Positions 8,340 to 17,464 of a stretch of DNA of 64,000 nucleotides are shown piece by piece. Position 1 is the stretch's first letter. Each line of letters opens with the position of its first letter. The position numbers and the translations under genes are program-made. The stretch lies in the sequence record OP172792; one strand, given 5' to 3'. The stretch comes from Escherichia phage ECO340P2. The notes beneath the pieces were generated by a model. That model did not search any database. It was not told where the DNA came from and worked only from the letters and a program-made list of their open reading frames with translations.

Positions 8340-8469
8340 TAAATACTAATATTTAAATTCTTTTTAAAATAGCCAGTGTTCACACCACTAACTATGAGTT
8401 ATCGGTAAAGTGGTTACCGCCACTTGCCGAAGATTTACTCTGCTAAAGTAAGCTATATTAAAAAGAACT

Positions 8470-8555
8470 TGGCGGTAGATGTAGGACTCGAACCTACACG
8501 CCGTTTCCGACTACAGTTTAGCAAACTGTCGTGGCTACCATTTCACCAATCTACC
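8470..8555 (-). tRNA. tRNA-Ser (anticodon GCT), type II
   Basis: acceptor GGTAGAT/ATCTACC, G73, anticodon arm ACAGT-TTGCTAA-ACTGT, long variable arm, T-loop TTCGAGT. Confidence 0.85.
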
Positions 8556-8560
8556 TAATC

Positions 8561-8651
8561 TGGCGGAAGGAGGGAGAGTCGAACTCCCAAGGCTCTTTCA
8601 AGCTCGGCGGTTTTCAAGACCGTTTTCGTCGCCACGTCGATTTGCCCTTCC
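8561..8651 (-). tRNA. tRNA-Ser (anticodon TGA), type II
   Basis: acceptor GGAAGGG/TCCTTCC, G73, anticodon loop CTTGAAA, long variable arm, T-arm GGGAG/TTCGACT/CTCCC. Confidence 0.8.
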
Positions 8652-8660
8652 ATACTTATA

Positions 8661-8689
8661 ATCTAACATAAAATAATGTTAGTTGTCAA
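8661..8689 (-). promoter_or_regulatory. sigma70-like promoter (TTGACA-17-TTAGAT) upstream of the right tRNA sub-cluster
   Basis: reverse complement CTATTGACAA motif about 30 nt upstream of tRNA-Ser 5' end. Confidence 0.3.
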
Positions 8690-8884
8690 TAGTTTTTTAA
8701 AACATTTTACCATGAATGGTGACTCCACCAACCCCGTTCTCCACGAACGGTGCTCTTCGAGCATTTATGTCTTCTAATATAACCGTGGCCTTTGTTTATA
8801 ATGTCTGACATACTTGCCTCATTCTCTGCCACCATGATCAGTAGTGGGTTCAAATCACTTGAGCTAATTCATGTTAAAATGTTC

Positions 8885-8959
8885 TGGTGTCTTTACAAGG
8901 AATCGAACCTTGACTAAGAGTTTAGAAGACTCCTGTGCTATCCATTACACCATAAAGAC
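8885..8959 (-). tRNA. tRNA-Arg (anticodon TCT)
   Basis: acceptor GTCTTTA/TAAAGAC, anticodon arm GGAGT-CTTCTAA-ACTCT, T-arm CAAGG/TTCGATT/CCTTG, CCA. Confidence 0.85.
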
Positions 8960-8961
8960 GT

Positions 8962-9036
8962 TGGTGGCCCTGGCTGGTTTCGATCCAGCTACCTATCGGT
9001 TATGAGCCGACAGCTCTCCCATTGAGCTACAGGGCC
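8962..9036 (-). tRNA. tRNA-Met (anticodon CAT; second copy, possibly a different CAT isoacceptor)
   Basis: acceptor GGCCCTG/CAGGGCC, anticodon loop CTCATAA, T-arm GCTGG/ATCGAAA/CCAGC, CCA. Confidence 0.8.
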
Positions 9037-9282
9037 ATAAATGTGGTAACAGAGACGCTGACGATTGTAGAGAACCGCTACATTCTCTAAGACCAAGCCC
9101 AACTTTCAGCGTAAAAGTTCTTGAGCCGAGACTATTCCTTTTCCTCTTTGGTAGCTAACCTCTGAAGAAGTAGTCTCTAACACTACCGCAGTGCAAGCCC
9201 CTCTTAACAAAAGTCAACGACCCTGTTACCACACTTGATGAACGTATCCTAACATATGAAGGATACGTTTGTCAATAGTTAT

Positions 9283-9531
9283 TTAAGCATATTCTGCTAC
9301 TTCTTCACTATCTTTCTTTTCCAGAAGAGCAACAACCAAAGCTTCTGCGTTAAAAGTATTAATTTCAAGATCCATCTCTCGCATCAGAGCCAAGAAATCA
9401 ATAACTTTAACATCTTTAGTGATTACAATAGAAGTTGTACCATTGTTTTCAGATGTGTATTTTTCTGGATGGAAAAGAAAAACTGCATTGCCGTTACCAT
9501 CTTCAAACACGTGTTTTTCTAATAGAGACAT
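9283..9531 (-). CDS. hypothetical protein
   Basis: ATG preceded by AGGAGG; ORF-track N-terminal extension to 9597 lacks an RBS. Confidence 0.5.
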   Translation of the reverse strand: MSLLEKHVFEDGNGNAVFLFHPEKYTSENNGTTSIVITKDVKVIDFLALMREMDLEINTFNAEALVVALLEKKDSEEVAEYA

Positions 9532-9539
9532 TGTTCCTC

Positions 9540-9791
9540 CTAATCTGTTAGTTGTTCGTCCTCTACCAAGTTTGACACGAGAACGTCTGTTATACATTGA
9601 TGCTGATAAACCCTTTCGGGACTATCATCAAAAGCCAAACCTGTGCAAATAGAACAGAGGTCTGATTCCTTGATGACTCCATTTTTATCACGTCTGGAGT
9701 GGTTTGTCAAATGCCTATTACAAGCACGGCACCTAAAATAAAAGCTATTTTGCATATATCCTTCGAACCCCAAATGGGGAGTGATCGGCAT
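9540..9791 (-). CDS. hypothetical Cys-rich protein (zinc-finger-like CxxC pairs)
   Basis: 83 aa ORF with CRACN and CSIC motifs. Confidence 0.45.
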   Translation of the reverse strand: MPITPHLGFEGYMQNSFYFRCRACNRHLTNHSRRDKNGVIKESDLCSICTGLAFDDSPERVYQHQCITDVLVSNLVEDEQLTD

Positions 9792-9828
9792 CTCCTCACT
9801 TCTAGTTTAGCACGAAGGATATCTTAAG

Positions 9829-10014
9829 TCAACTAGGAATAATTTTATCCTTTTTGGTTTCATAACCAGTCCAATCTAAATCCTCCCAGCCTTCATCATC
9901 GTCTAACACATTGTCATCATCATAAGATGCAATGTTATAAATAGAACGTGGATTACAAGACATACAATCTTTAATAGGCACATGATGCCATTTGCACGGA
10001 TTCTCGCTAATCAT
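9829..10014 (-). CDS. hypothetical acidic small protein
   Basis: 61 aa ORF, last gene before the divergent AT-rich region. Confidence 0.45.
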   Translation of the reverse strand: MISENPCKWHHVPIKDCMSCNPRSIYNIASYDDDNVLDDDEGWEDLDWTGYETKKDKIIPS

Positions 10015-10495
10015 TACACACCTCCATTCTTGTTAAGATGTTCCGTACTGTACTTCATACTGATCTATAGATCAAGTATTATTTATAATAATTTATTATT
10101 TTATTTTTAATTGATAGAAGTTGATCTGTACGTACCAGTTCTGATACACTGTACCTGTTTGTTAGATCTAATAATTATTTATTATTAATATTTAATAATT
10201 ATTAATCTAGTACGGAGTACAGTACTTGAGTACAGAGTACTACATCAACAACCTAAAACCTTAACTCGCTGCGCTCGTTAATAGATTTCTAGGGTAGCAT
10301 ACTTCGAACACAAAAGTCAAGAGTTTTATTAAAAATTATTTTCTGTGTGCAAAAACCTTGCTTAAACAGGTAGCAATAGTATAGCCTATAACATAAGCTT
10401 CATAAGAGGCTCGTAGAGCAAGTTCACTTACTAGGTAAGGTGATTTATCATCTTATATATAAAAAGTGCGTCAGAGACGCGTTTAGGAGGTTAGA

Positions 10496-10819
10496 ATGAG
10501 ATTTACAAGACAAGAGGTAGTTGTGCTGGACGAAGCAATGACAATGATCGTCTTTTACTATGAGGATATCTTCTGTGCAGCATATCATTTAAATGACATT
10601 CAGATTGAATGGCAGCAGATAGCATTCCTGTTGGACAAGAGTAATCATTTGGATGGCTTTGAGTATTTGGAGTGGGATGGTGCAAAGGAAGTTAAAATTG
10701 TAGGGTTAAATCACGATCAGATTGTTGACATGCAATGTAAGTTGTGTCATTATCAGTTCTCAAACAAGGTCAAACTCGAAAGACAATTGGAGGTGGTTAA
10801 AGATGATAGCACTGATTAG
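10496..10819 (+). CDS. hypothetical protein
   Basis: first gene of plus-strand block; GGAGG 8 nt upstream of ATG. Confidence 0.55.
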   Translation: MRFTRQEVVVLDEAMTMIVFYYEDIFCAAYHLNDIQIEWQQIAFLLDKSNHLDGFEYLEWDGAKEVKIVGLNHDQIVDMQCKLCHYQFSNKVKLERQLEVVKDDSTD

Positions 10820-10919
10820 TGAGAATCCAGTCCTGGCAACAATTGTTCTGATTTTTGCCTTATGTGTGGTTCACGATATTCTGGTAAGCTATTTTGACAA
10901 TAAAGGAGGTAAGAAATGA
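10803..10919 (+). CDS. hypothetical small membrane protein
   Basis: GGAGG RBS then ATG; 38 aa with one hydrophobic helix. Confidence 0.4.
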   Translation: MIALISENPVLATIVLIFALCVVHDILVSYFDNKGGKK

Positions 10920-11110
10920 AAGACGTTATTCAAATGGTATTCCGTGTAACTCTAGATGGTATACACGTTGTTAAAGGCACACAGAACTACACAGAAGCGA
11001 AAGAACACTTCTTAGAGTGGATTGATACACTGAAGACACAAGATGTGTCCTACAGCCGTGTTACGCTTACTGGCGACCACACCCCAATCATGGAGTACGT
11101 AAAGAAATGA
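10916..11110 (+). CDS. hypothetical protein
   Basis: 64 aa ORF; start overlaps previous stop (ATGA). Confidence 0.55.
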   Translation: MKDVIQMVFRVTLDGIHVVKGTQNYTEAKEHFLEWIDTLKTQDVSYSRVTLTGDHTPIMEYVKK

Positions 11111-11346
11111 GCAACTATCCAATTACAGGCGTAACCTATTCTTGTGTAGCAAAAGGTGGTTTATATACGGTAGTGGAATTTCCAAAACCTGCCGGAATAT
11201 CTAAAGTGTTTGATCCTGTGGTTATCTATGAAGATCTTAGAACAGGTCAACGTTACTGGAGATTTGTGAATGACTTTTTAGATCGTATGGAGGTAGTAAG
11301 TGGCGAAAACACCGAAGAAGTTATCAAAGCCAAAGAACGTTACTAA
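11107..11346 (+). CDS. hypothetical protein
   Basis: 79 aa ORF; start overlaps previous stop. Confidence 0.55.
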   Translation: MSNYPITGVTYSCVAKGGLYTVVEFPKPAGISKVFDPVVIYEDLRTGQRYWRFVNDFLDRMEVVSGENTEEVIKAKERY

Positions 11347-11653
11347 GAAACCGAAAAACGAGGTTCTCAAAGTAGCTAAATCAGTTCCTAAGAAAGATAA
11401 ATTTGATACGGAGGCATTCGTCTTTGACACACCAATCGAGAAGATTGAAGAAGCGTTGCAACGTCTTGAGGAGCAGGAGGCAGATCCAATGGCTGAACCA
11501 CTCACGGCAGACCAAATTTATTGGTGGGGAATATGGACTTTGCAACTGCCAGAAGCAAAAAGAAGAGGAATGACTTCAGTTCCTACTTGTGCAAAAGAAG
11601 CGGCTGTGTTAGGTTTGTATGAGAAATCTAAAAAGAGGAGCAAAAAGAAATGA
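11300..11653 (+). CDS. hypothetical Lys-rich basic protein (possible nucleic-acid binding), GTG start
   Basis: 117 aa; N-terminus KTPKKLSKPKNVTKKPK; GTG after GGAGG. Confidence 0.45.
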   Translation: MAKTPKKLSKPKNVTKKPKNEVLKVAKSVPKKDKFDTEAFVFDTPIEKIEEALQRLEEQEADPMAEPLTADQIYWWGIWTLQLPEAKRRGMTSVPTCAKEAAVLGLYEKSKKRSKKK

Positions 11654-11931
11654 TCAAGACTTTTCTGAAGTGTGTAAAAGCAACAGATAATGAGTGGTAC
11701 TCTGGATTATTCACTGCTGGCAAGAAATACGAGATCCTCAACGGGACAGGCAAGAAGTTTTCTCTCGTTGTAAACGATGAAGGCACGAAGCAAATGGTAT
11801 TTGCTGAAAGTTCTGTTTATGGTATTTTTGAAGTAGTGCAAGAAGGCTCTCCAATGATTCTGGAGTATCATGGCACTAATAAACCATATACTGCTATGGA
11901 TGTTATCAACAACAAGAGGAATGCAAAATGA
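11650..11931 (+). CDS. hypothetical protein
   Basis: 93 aa ORF, overlapping start/stop. Confidence 0.55.
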   Translation: MIKTFLKCVKATDNEWYSGLFTAGKKYEILNGTGKKFSLVVNDEGTKQMVFAESSVYGIFEVVQEGSPMILEYHGTNKPYTAMDVINNKRNAK

Positions 11932-12110
11932 TTTTACTCTATTCCGGTAAGGCAAAATACATGCAAGGTGTTAAACGTGTAGAGGTTACTAAGACAGTAA
12001 CAATCGGGAAATCTTTTATCGTTTATTATTTCCTTGTTAATGGGAAGGAGTATGCTGTAGCAAAGACCTTGGTTGATAAGGGTAAAACGTGGAAAGTGGA
12101 GGCACTATGA
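11928..12110 (+). CDS. hypothetical protein
   Basis: 60 aa ORF. Confidence 0.5.
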   Translation: MILLYSGKAKYMQGVKRVEVTKTVTIGKSFIVYYFLVNGKEYAVAKTLVDKGKTWKVEAL

Positions 12111-12313
12111 TCCCTGTAGCTGGGTGGGTGGTATTGGCAACACTTAATGGGAATGTTACTGTGGAGACTAAAACCATCTTCAAAGCACCAGAAGATTGCT
12201 ATAACTCCTTGGTAACTTGGCCTCGTGATGAGGATGATAAGGCAGAGTATCAGTGTTTTTACATTGAGGGTAAGCCTGTAGAATTTGAGGTTAAAGTGAA
12301 GGAGGAAAAATGA
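12107..12313 (+). CDS. hypothetical protein
   Basis: ATG after GGAGG; ORF-track start 12089 is probably too far upstream. Confidence 0.45.
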   Translation: MIPVAGWVVLATLNGNVTVETKTIFKAPEDCYNSLVTWPRDEDDKAEYQCFYIEGKPVEFEVKVKEEK

Positions 12314-12780
12314 GAATTAAAGTAAATAAAGCTTACGATGATAACCCGAAGTTTATCTCTTTGAATAAGAGTTATGGTGTCGAAAACGGCGATGAGTTCG
12401 AGGTTATCGATCTTTTTGAGGATCACGGGTATATTGTCAAAGCCCCAATCACAGAGCAGCCTCTTATCATCTTACGCACAGAGGCTGTTGAGGTAGGTTC
12501 TGATGAGCCTCAATATGACAGCCCATACATGACAGAGTGGATTGTGGCTGTAGATGTTGGAGGCAGGGTTTCTGTATTGAAAGCTCCTAATCTCCATCCT
12601 AGTTTTACAGAGAACGGTTTGACAGCTTTGGATTACGGGTTGCCAGAAGATGTTGAGAATACACCGCCAGGTATGTACCGTTGGATTTGCTCTTTCCATG
12701 AAGAGAAGGATTGGGAATCAGGTCTTGTGGAGGATTGGCATTTTGAAGTGGAGAGTTCTTTTTTAATCATGCCAGCTTAG
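12310..12780 (+). CDS. hypothetical protein
   Basis: 156 aa ORF, RBS GGAGG. Confidence 0.55.
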   Translation: MRIKVNKAYDDNPKFISLNKSYGVENGDEFEVIDLFEDHGYIVKAPITEQPLIILRTEAVEVGSDEPQYDSPYMTEWIVAVDVGGRVSVLKAPNLHPSFTENGLTALDYGLPEDVENTPPGMYRWICSFHEEKDWESGLVEDWHFEVESSFLIMPA

Positions 12781-12790
12781 AGGAGGTTAT

Positions 12791-13135
12791 ATGAAAGTTT
12801 GGATAGATGATATGCGTAACCCAGCCGACTATGGACAGGAAGATGCAATTTGGTTTAAAACGTCACAAGAAGCTATGGCTTTTCTCAATGATCCTGCTAA
12901 ACTGTATCGAAGAGTAACCGAGTGGTCTTTTGACAATGATTTAGGTATGGAGTCAGACCAAGATGGGTATGATGTTTTCCTGTACCTGGAAGAACTTCTG
13001 GCGTTTGGTAAACCTTGCTTTGGTTCACCTACCATTTTCGTGCATACTTCTAATCCCGCCGCTGGGGATAAATTCATGCTTGCAAAAGAATCCATGCTGC
13101 GTTATGGTATTAAAATGATTCGTGTGCACTATTAA
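12791..13135 (+). CDS. hypothetical protein
   Basis: 114 aa ORF, RBS GAGGAGG. Confidence 0.55.
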   Translation: MKVWIDDMRNPADYGQEDAIWFKTSQEAMAFLNDPAKLYRRVTEWSFDNDLGMESDQDGYDVFLYLEELLAFGKPCFGSPTIFVHTSNPAAGDKFMLAKESMLRYGIKMIRVHY

Positions 13136-13144
13136 GGAGAGAAC

Positions 13145-13288
13145 ATGCATCATTCGGTTTGGTCGGAACAAGAAGAGGACGAAGGTTACTTTATCTACCG
13201 AGAAGAAGAGGATTGGCCCGACACAAGTAATGATCTTTTACTTCCAGATACTAGTTTTTTCGAGGATAACTTAAGAGAGGAGGGTTAG
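13145..13288 (+). CDS. hypothetical acidic small protein (47 aa)
   Basis: AAGGAGA RBS 5 nt before ATG; fills a gap the ORF track missed (below 60 aa). Confidence 0.4.
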   Translation: MHHSVWSEQEEDEGYFIYREEEDWPDTSNDLLLPDTSFFEDNLREEG

Positions 13289-13294
13289 GAAACA

Positions 13295-13651
13295 ATGAGT
13301 GGTATTGAAAACAATATTTGTTACCAACCTCTTACCTGGATTGGTGAGGGTCATTATGCGCAACGTGTTATCGTCTGTGCTGCAAATAAGTATATTTTGA
13401 ATAATGGTGAAGAGTTAATTATTCCTTGTGTTCGACATGCAAATCCTGTACTATATGCACAGTTAAACGTGTTGAAAGAAGCAGGTGTAATCAACAAAAC
13501 TTTGTGCACACCAGATAATCAAGGCTTTATCGATCAGTATTACAATTGGTGGAGTCGTGCGGATGCTTATATCATCGCGGAAAATGCTGACCAGATCGAC
13601 CATGAGCGTAATGGTCACGACCATGAACTATTTAGCGAGGGATTATACTAA
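13295..13651 (+). CDS. hypothetical protein
   Basis: 118 aa ORF, RBS GAGGAGGG. Confidence 0.55.
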   Translation: MSGIENNICYQPLTWIGEGHYAQRVIVCAANKYILNNGEELIIPCVRHANPVLYAQLNVLKEAGVINKTLCTPDNQGFIDQYYNWWSRADAYIIAENADQIDHERNGHDHELFSEGLY

Positions 13652-14202
13652 TGTTTATTACAAGTGATTTGCATTTTATGCACAAACGTATACGAGAGTT
13701 TGCTCCTGAATATCGACCGTGGGAAGATATGGACCACATGACAGAAGCACTGATCGAAGCATGGAATAAATGCGCTACGAGTCCAGGTGTCAAGATGTGG
13801 CATTTGGGTGACTTCTGTTTCGGGACTGAAGAAGATACCCGTAAGATTGCTTCCCGCCTCCAAGGGGATATCACTTATTGTGTTGGGAACCATGATTACA
13901 GCAAACACCGAGAAGTGCTTGCAGAGTATGGAGAAGTGGTGTATTATGACGAAGTGAAATATCAGAAGCTGTTCTTCGTCTTAAGCCATTACCCTATGGC
14001 CTCCTGGAATAAGCAAGGTCGTGGATCAATCATGCTACACGGGCATTCCCACGGATCTTTCCCTGATGAAGCTTATGGTAAAATGTTAGATGTGGGTTGG
14101 GATGCACACGGAAAAATCTTACATTTTGATGAGATAATTTCTATGATGAGTAAACGAGATATCGTAACTGTAGACCATCACAAAATAATCAAAGGAGAGT
14201 AA
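13651..14202 (+). CDS. calcineurin-like metallophosphoesterase (candidate RNA 2',3'-end phosphatase)
   Basis: motifs DLHFMH, GDFCFG, GNHD, GHSHG; directly upstream of RNA ligase and kinase. Confidence 0.7.
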   Translation: MFITSDLHFMHKRIREFAPEYRPWEDMDHMTEALIEAWNKCATSPGVKMWHLGDFCFGTEEDTRKIASRLQGDITYCVGNHDYSKHREVLAEYGEVVYYDEVKYQKLFFVLSHYPMASWNKQGRGSIMLHGHSHGSFPDEAYGKMLDVGWDAHGKILHFDEIISMMSKRDIVTVDHHKIIKGE

Positions 14203-14203
14203 T

Positions 14204-15136
14204 GTGGCTAAATTTAATTGCGACGATTTAGTTGAAAAAGGTTTAGTTCATAAGAAAACATATAAAGAAGGAGAGTATTCTGGTCTATCTGTTCTTAAGT
14301 ATAAGAACAAAGTTTTCTGGGATAACCTATGGAACATTGATTCTCGTCTTCTAGAATGTCGCGGAATCGTTGTTGACGCTGATGACAATGTTGTTATTTG
14401 GCCTTTCACTAAGATTTTTAATCGTTTTGAGAATGGCACAGATCTACCAGCGGATGAATTTGTAGATGTTGTTCGTAAAGTAAATGGTTTTATGGCCTCT
14501 GTAGGTGTATATAAAGGTCAACTTATCGTATCGACAACAGGAAGCCTTGAATCAGATTTTGCAAGTATTGCAAAGAATCATATTGTTTCAGAGTGTGATG
14601 ACATAGAACACTTCATCAAATGGACAGAAAGTGCAAAAGCAACTTTCCTTTTTGAAATCTGTGATCCTTCTGATCCGCATATTGTCGAAGAAGAACCAGG
14701 TGCATACTTAATTGGTGCCAGAATTCAAAACCCTGATGGGACAAGTTTTATGTTACCTGAAGGTGCTCTTGATGGAATTGCTTCTGTCACCAAATTTAAG
14801 CGTCCTGAAGTTCATCCGATGGTTAAGTTTTCAGATGTTGTTGAAATGTCTAAAGATTGTAAACACGAAGGGTTTGTAGTTCGTGAAACAAACTATCCGT
14901 TTAACTTACTCTTAAAGATTAAGTCACCATACTATCTTACTAAGAAGTTTCTTATGCGCGGTGGAGATAAAAAGTGGGATCTGATTTGGGATAATCCAAA
15001 AAATGCCAAACAAATTGTTGACGAAGAATATTACGCTTTGTTAGAATGGATTCGAAATAATTTTACGAAGACTCAATGGGTTGCTTTAAATCAGCAAGAG
15101 CGACGTGAAAAAATCGAAAACTTCTTTGGAGGATAA
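14204..15136 (+). CDS. rnlA: RNA ligase 1 (T4 RnlA-like)
   Basis: 310 aa; ECRGI, KIFNRFENG, KVNGFMASV (nucleotidyl-lysine motif), TTGSLESDFA match recalled T4 Rnl1 blocks. Confidence 0.75.
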   Translation: MAKFNCDDLVEKGLVHKKTYKEGEYSGLSVLKYKNKVFWDNLWNIDSRLLECRGIVVDADDNVVIWPFTKIFNRFENGTDLPADEFVDVVRKVNGFMASVGVYKGQLIVSTTGSLESDFASIAKNHIVSECDDIEHFIKWTESAKATFLFEICDPSDPHIVEEEPGAYLIGARIQNPDGTSFMLPEGALDGIASVTKFKRPEVHPMVKFSDVVEMSKDCKHEGFVVRETNYPFNLLLKIKSPYYLTKKFLMRGGDKKWDLIWDNPKNAKQIVDEEYYALLEWIRNNFTKTQWVALNQQERREKIENFFGG

Positions 15137-15541
15137 ATGAAACAACTTATCATTTTACGTGGCGTTTCAGGTGCTGGTAAATCTACAGTAGCAGAAATTA
15201 TTTCTGAAGGTTATTGGCCTATCTGTGAGGCAGATCAATATCATTACACAGAAAGTGGTGTTTACGATTGGAAGCCAGAAAATGTAGGTAAAGCACACGC
15301 ATGGTGTCAGAGTATTGTTCGTGATGCTATGGCATCTAATCTTAACAAGATTATTGTTTCTAACACTTCAACCACAGAGAAAGAACTTAAACCTTATCTA
15401 GCTCTTGCTGAAGAGTTTGGTTATCAAGTTATCTCTTTAGTTGTTGAAAATAGGCACGGTAATGATTCAATTCACGAGGTTCCACAATATATCCGTGATC
15501 AGCAAGAGAAACGTCTTCGTGGTTCACTTAAACTTCAATAA
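15137..15541 (+). CDS. P-loop kinase, polynucleotide 5'-kinase-like
   Basis: Walker A GVSGAGKST at N-terminus; 134 aa, size of Pnk kinase domain; adjacent to RNA ligase. Confidence 0.6.
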   Translation: MKQLIILRGVSGAGKSTVAEIISEGYWPICEADQYHYTESGVYDWKPENVGKAHAWCQSIVRDAMASNLNKIIVSNTSTTEKELKPYLALAEEFGYQVISLVVENRHGNDSIHEVPQYIRDQQEKRLRGSLKLQ

Positions 15542-15550
15542 GGAGAAATA

Positions 15551-15877
15551 ATGCAGATTTATACAGATGATCGTAAATATGAGACAATTTTAGATGAAGA
15601 TACTGGACGAATTACCGTTCTCCGTCACGGTGAAGAGTGGCGTGATGAAACGGGAGACAATTATATCTTGTCTCTGATTCATCTTATTGAACAAATGCGT
15701 GATGATTACGCTGAACTGCATTATGAAAATGAGGCTAATAAAGTAAAATTTGAAAATGAATTAGAAGAGAAAGAATCCGAAATGGTATATCTAAAAGAAG
15801 AGATCTCCCGTTTGGAGGAAGAGATTGATGCTCTTCAAGAAGAGATTTACGAACTCAACAACGAACTTAACGCTTAA
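15551..15877 (+). CDS. hypothetical coiled-coil protein
   Basis: 108 aa; Glu-rich heptad repeats at C-terminus. Confidence 0.5.
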   Translation: MQIYTDDRKYETILDEDTGRITVLRHGEEWRDETGDNYILSLIHLIEQMRDDYAELHYENEANKVKFENELEEKESEMVYLKEEISRLEEEIDALQEEIYELNNELNA

Positions 15878-15886
15878 GGAGGGATT

Positions 15887-16078
15887 ATGAAAAAAGATAT
15901 CGTTGTTGTTGGTTGGCTGACTTGCCCTTGTGGTAGTAATGACATAACTGTAAACACAGAGGGTGATAAAAATTATTTATTCTACGGGGATAAAATCACT
16001 TGCAATACCTGCGGACGTGTTGGTATTATAGAAACCGATGATTGTTGTGCTTTTGAATCTTGGGATGAAGAAGAATGA
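15887..16078 (+). CDS. hypothetical zinc-ribbon protein
   Basis: 63 aa; CPCG ... CNTCG cysteine pairs. Confidence 0.5.
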   Translation: MKKDIVVVGWLTCPCGSNDITVNTEGDKNYLFYGDKITCNTCGRVGIIETDDCCAFESWDEEE

Positions 16079-16296
16079 GTACTGCATTTTATGTTCGTAG
16101 CGGAGACGAGGATTTTCTAGCTACTTTTGATGACGGTGATCTTGAAGATATGTATGAAGATATGTTTGACTATGCCAAAGGGCAAGGTTTCACAAGCATT
16201 GATTACATGTTGGCAACATCTACAACGTTACTCGACGCAGATTTGGATGAAGTGTGTAACAGATTGAAAATTTCAGTTTTTAAATGGGAGGACTAA
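16075..16296 (+). CDS. hypothetical acidic protein
   Basis: 73 aa ORF. Confidence 0.5.
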   Translation: MSTAFYVRSGDEDFLATFDDGDLEDMYEDMFDYAKGQGFTSIDYMLATSTTLLDADLDEVCNRLKISVFKWED

Positions 16297-17411
16297 TGCA
16301 ACAAACAAATCAAACGCTGTATGGTAAAGATTCAAAAGGAAAACTTAAACAGTGGACAGTGTATACAGATGGTGCAGTTGTTACTGTAGCTCATGGAAGA
16401 GTAGGTGGAAAAATCACAGAAAAATCTTATACAGCAGAAGCAAAAAACATTGGTCGTTCCAATGAAACAACACCGGAAGAACAAGCTGAACTTGAAGCTT
16501 TTGCCAAATGGACAAAACAGTTAAAGAATGGCTATTATAAAACAAAAGAAGAAGCTGAAAACCATGTTCCTTCCACACCAATGAAATGCCAGGATTATAA
16601 AGATTATCCTGAAAGGGTTGTGTTCCCTGGTTATGCACAATACAAACTGAACGGGTTACGTTCTATGATTAACATGAAAGGAGAGTGTTTATCAAAAGCT
16701 GGGGAAGTGTATAACCTGCCACCTCATTGGAAAGGTATTCCAAACTTTATTAGTGAAGTTGTTGGTCATCCTCTTGATGGTGAAGTGTTTGCTGGGTTAG
16801 GTGTCCTTAGTCTGCAACAAATTAACAGCGCCTGGAAGAAGCATAATGCAAATACACCTTTGCTGAATTATTACGTATACGATATTCCAGTTCCAGATCT
16901 ACCGTTTGAAAAACGTGTTGATGTTCTTGCTGCTCTTAAGGCAGTAGTTGAAGATTATGGTCTTGATGAGCTTATTTGTGTAGTTCATACAGAGTATATT
17001 GAAAACCAAGAACAGTTTGATGCTTTCTATGAAAAAGCTTTACTTGAGAAAGCTGAAGGTGTAGTATATCGTAATGCTCACGGAGTTTACGAATTTGATA
17101 AACGTTCTTATGACGTTATTAAACGTAAGCCTCGCCATACCCTTGAAGTTAAAGTAACAAATTCAAAAAGTGATAAAAATGGCGATGGAGTGTTGACAGG
17201 TGAGATGGAAAATGGTAAAGTAGTCGAATTCTTAATGCGTAAAGATGCTCATGAGACTATCAATTATCGTAAAGCAGAGAATGCTTCTACCTTGATTAAT
17301 CAGTTCGTTGAAATAGAATATGAAGAATTTTCAGATGAAGGTATTCCAACAAAACCTGTTGGTGTTCGTATTCGAGAAATGATCCCAGGCACTTGGGAAC
17401 CAGCAGAGTAA
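16296..17411 (+). CDS. ATP-dependent DNA ligase
   Basis: adenylation motif KLNGLR, motif III PLDGEVF, motif V EGVVYR, motif VI VIKRKP; ATG after GGGAGG (ORF-track start 16284 is 4 codons earlier). Confidence 0.75.
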   Translation: MQQTNQTLYGKDSKGKLKQWTVYTDGAVVTVAHGRVGGKITEKSYTAEAKNIGRSNETTPEEQAELEAFAKWTKQLKNGYYKTKEEAENHVPSTPMKCQDYKDYPERVVFPGYAQYKLNGLRSMINMKGECLSKAGEVYNLPPHWKGIPNFISEVVGHPLDGEVFAGLGVLSLQQINSAWKKHNANTPLLNYYVYDIPVPDLPFEKRVDVLAALKAVVEDYGLDELICVVHTEYIENQEQFDAFYEKALLEKAEGVVYRNAHGVYEFDKRSYDVIKRKPRHTLEVKVTNSKSDKNGDGVLTGEMENGKVVEFLMRKDAHETINYRKAENASTLINQFVEIEYEEFSDEGIPTKPVGVRIREMIPGTWEPAE

Positions 17412-17464
17412 GGAGGAAAAATGTTCTTAGCCTATCATTGTGCAAAATACCTGGAGGCATTTTT

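Noticed and set aside
8826-8875. Plus-strand GGGTTCAAATC resembling a tRNA T-arm
   Set aside because: No acceptor stem or anticodon arm could be built around it on either strand.
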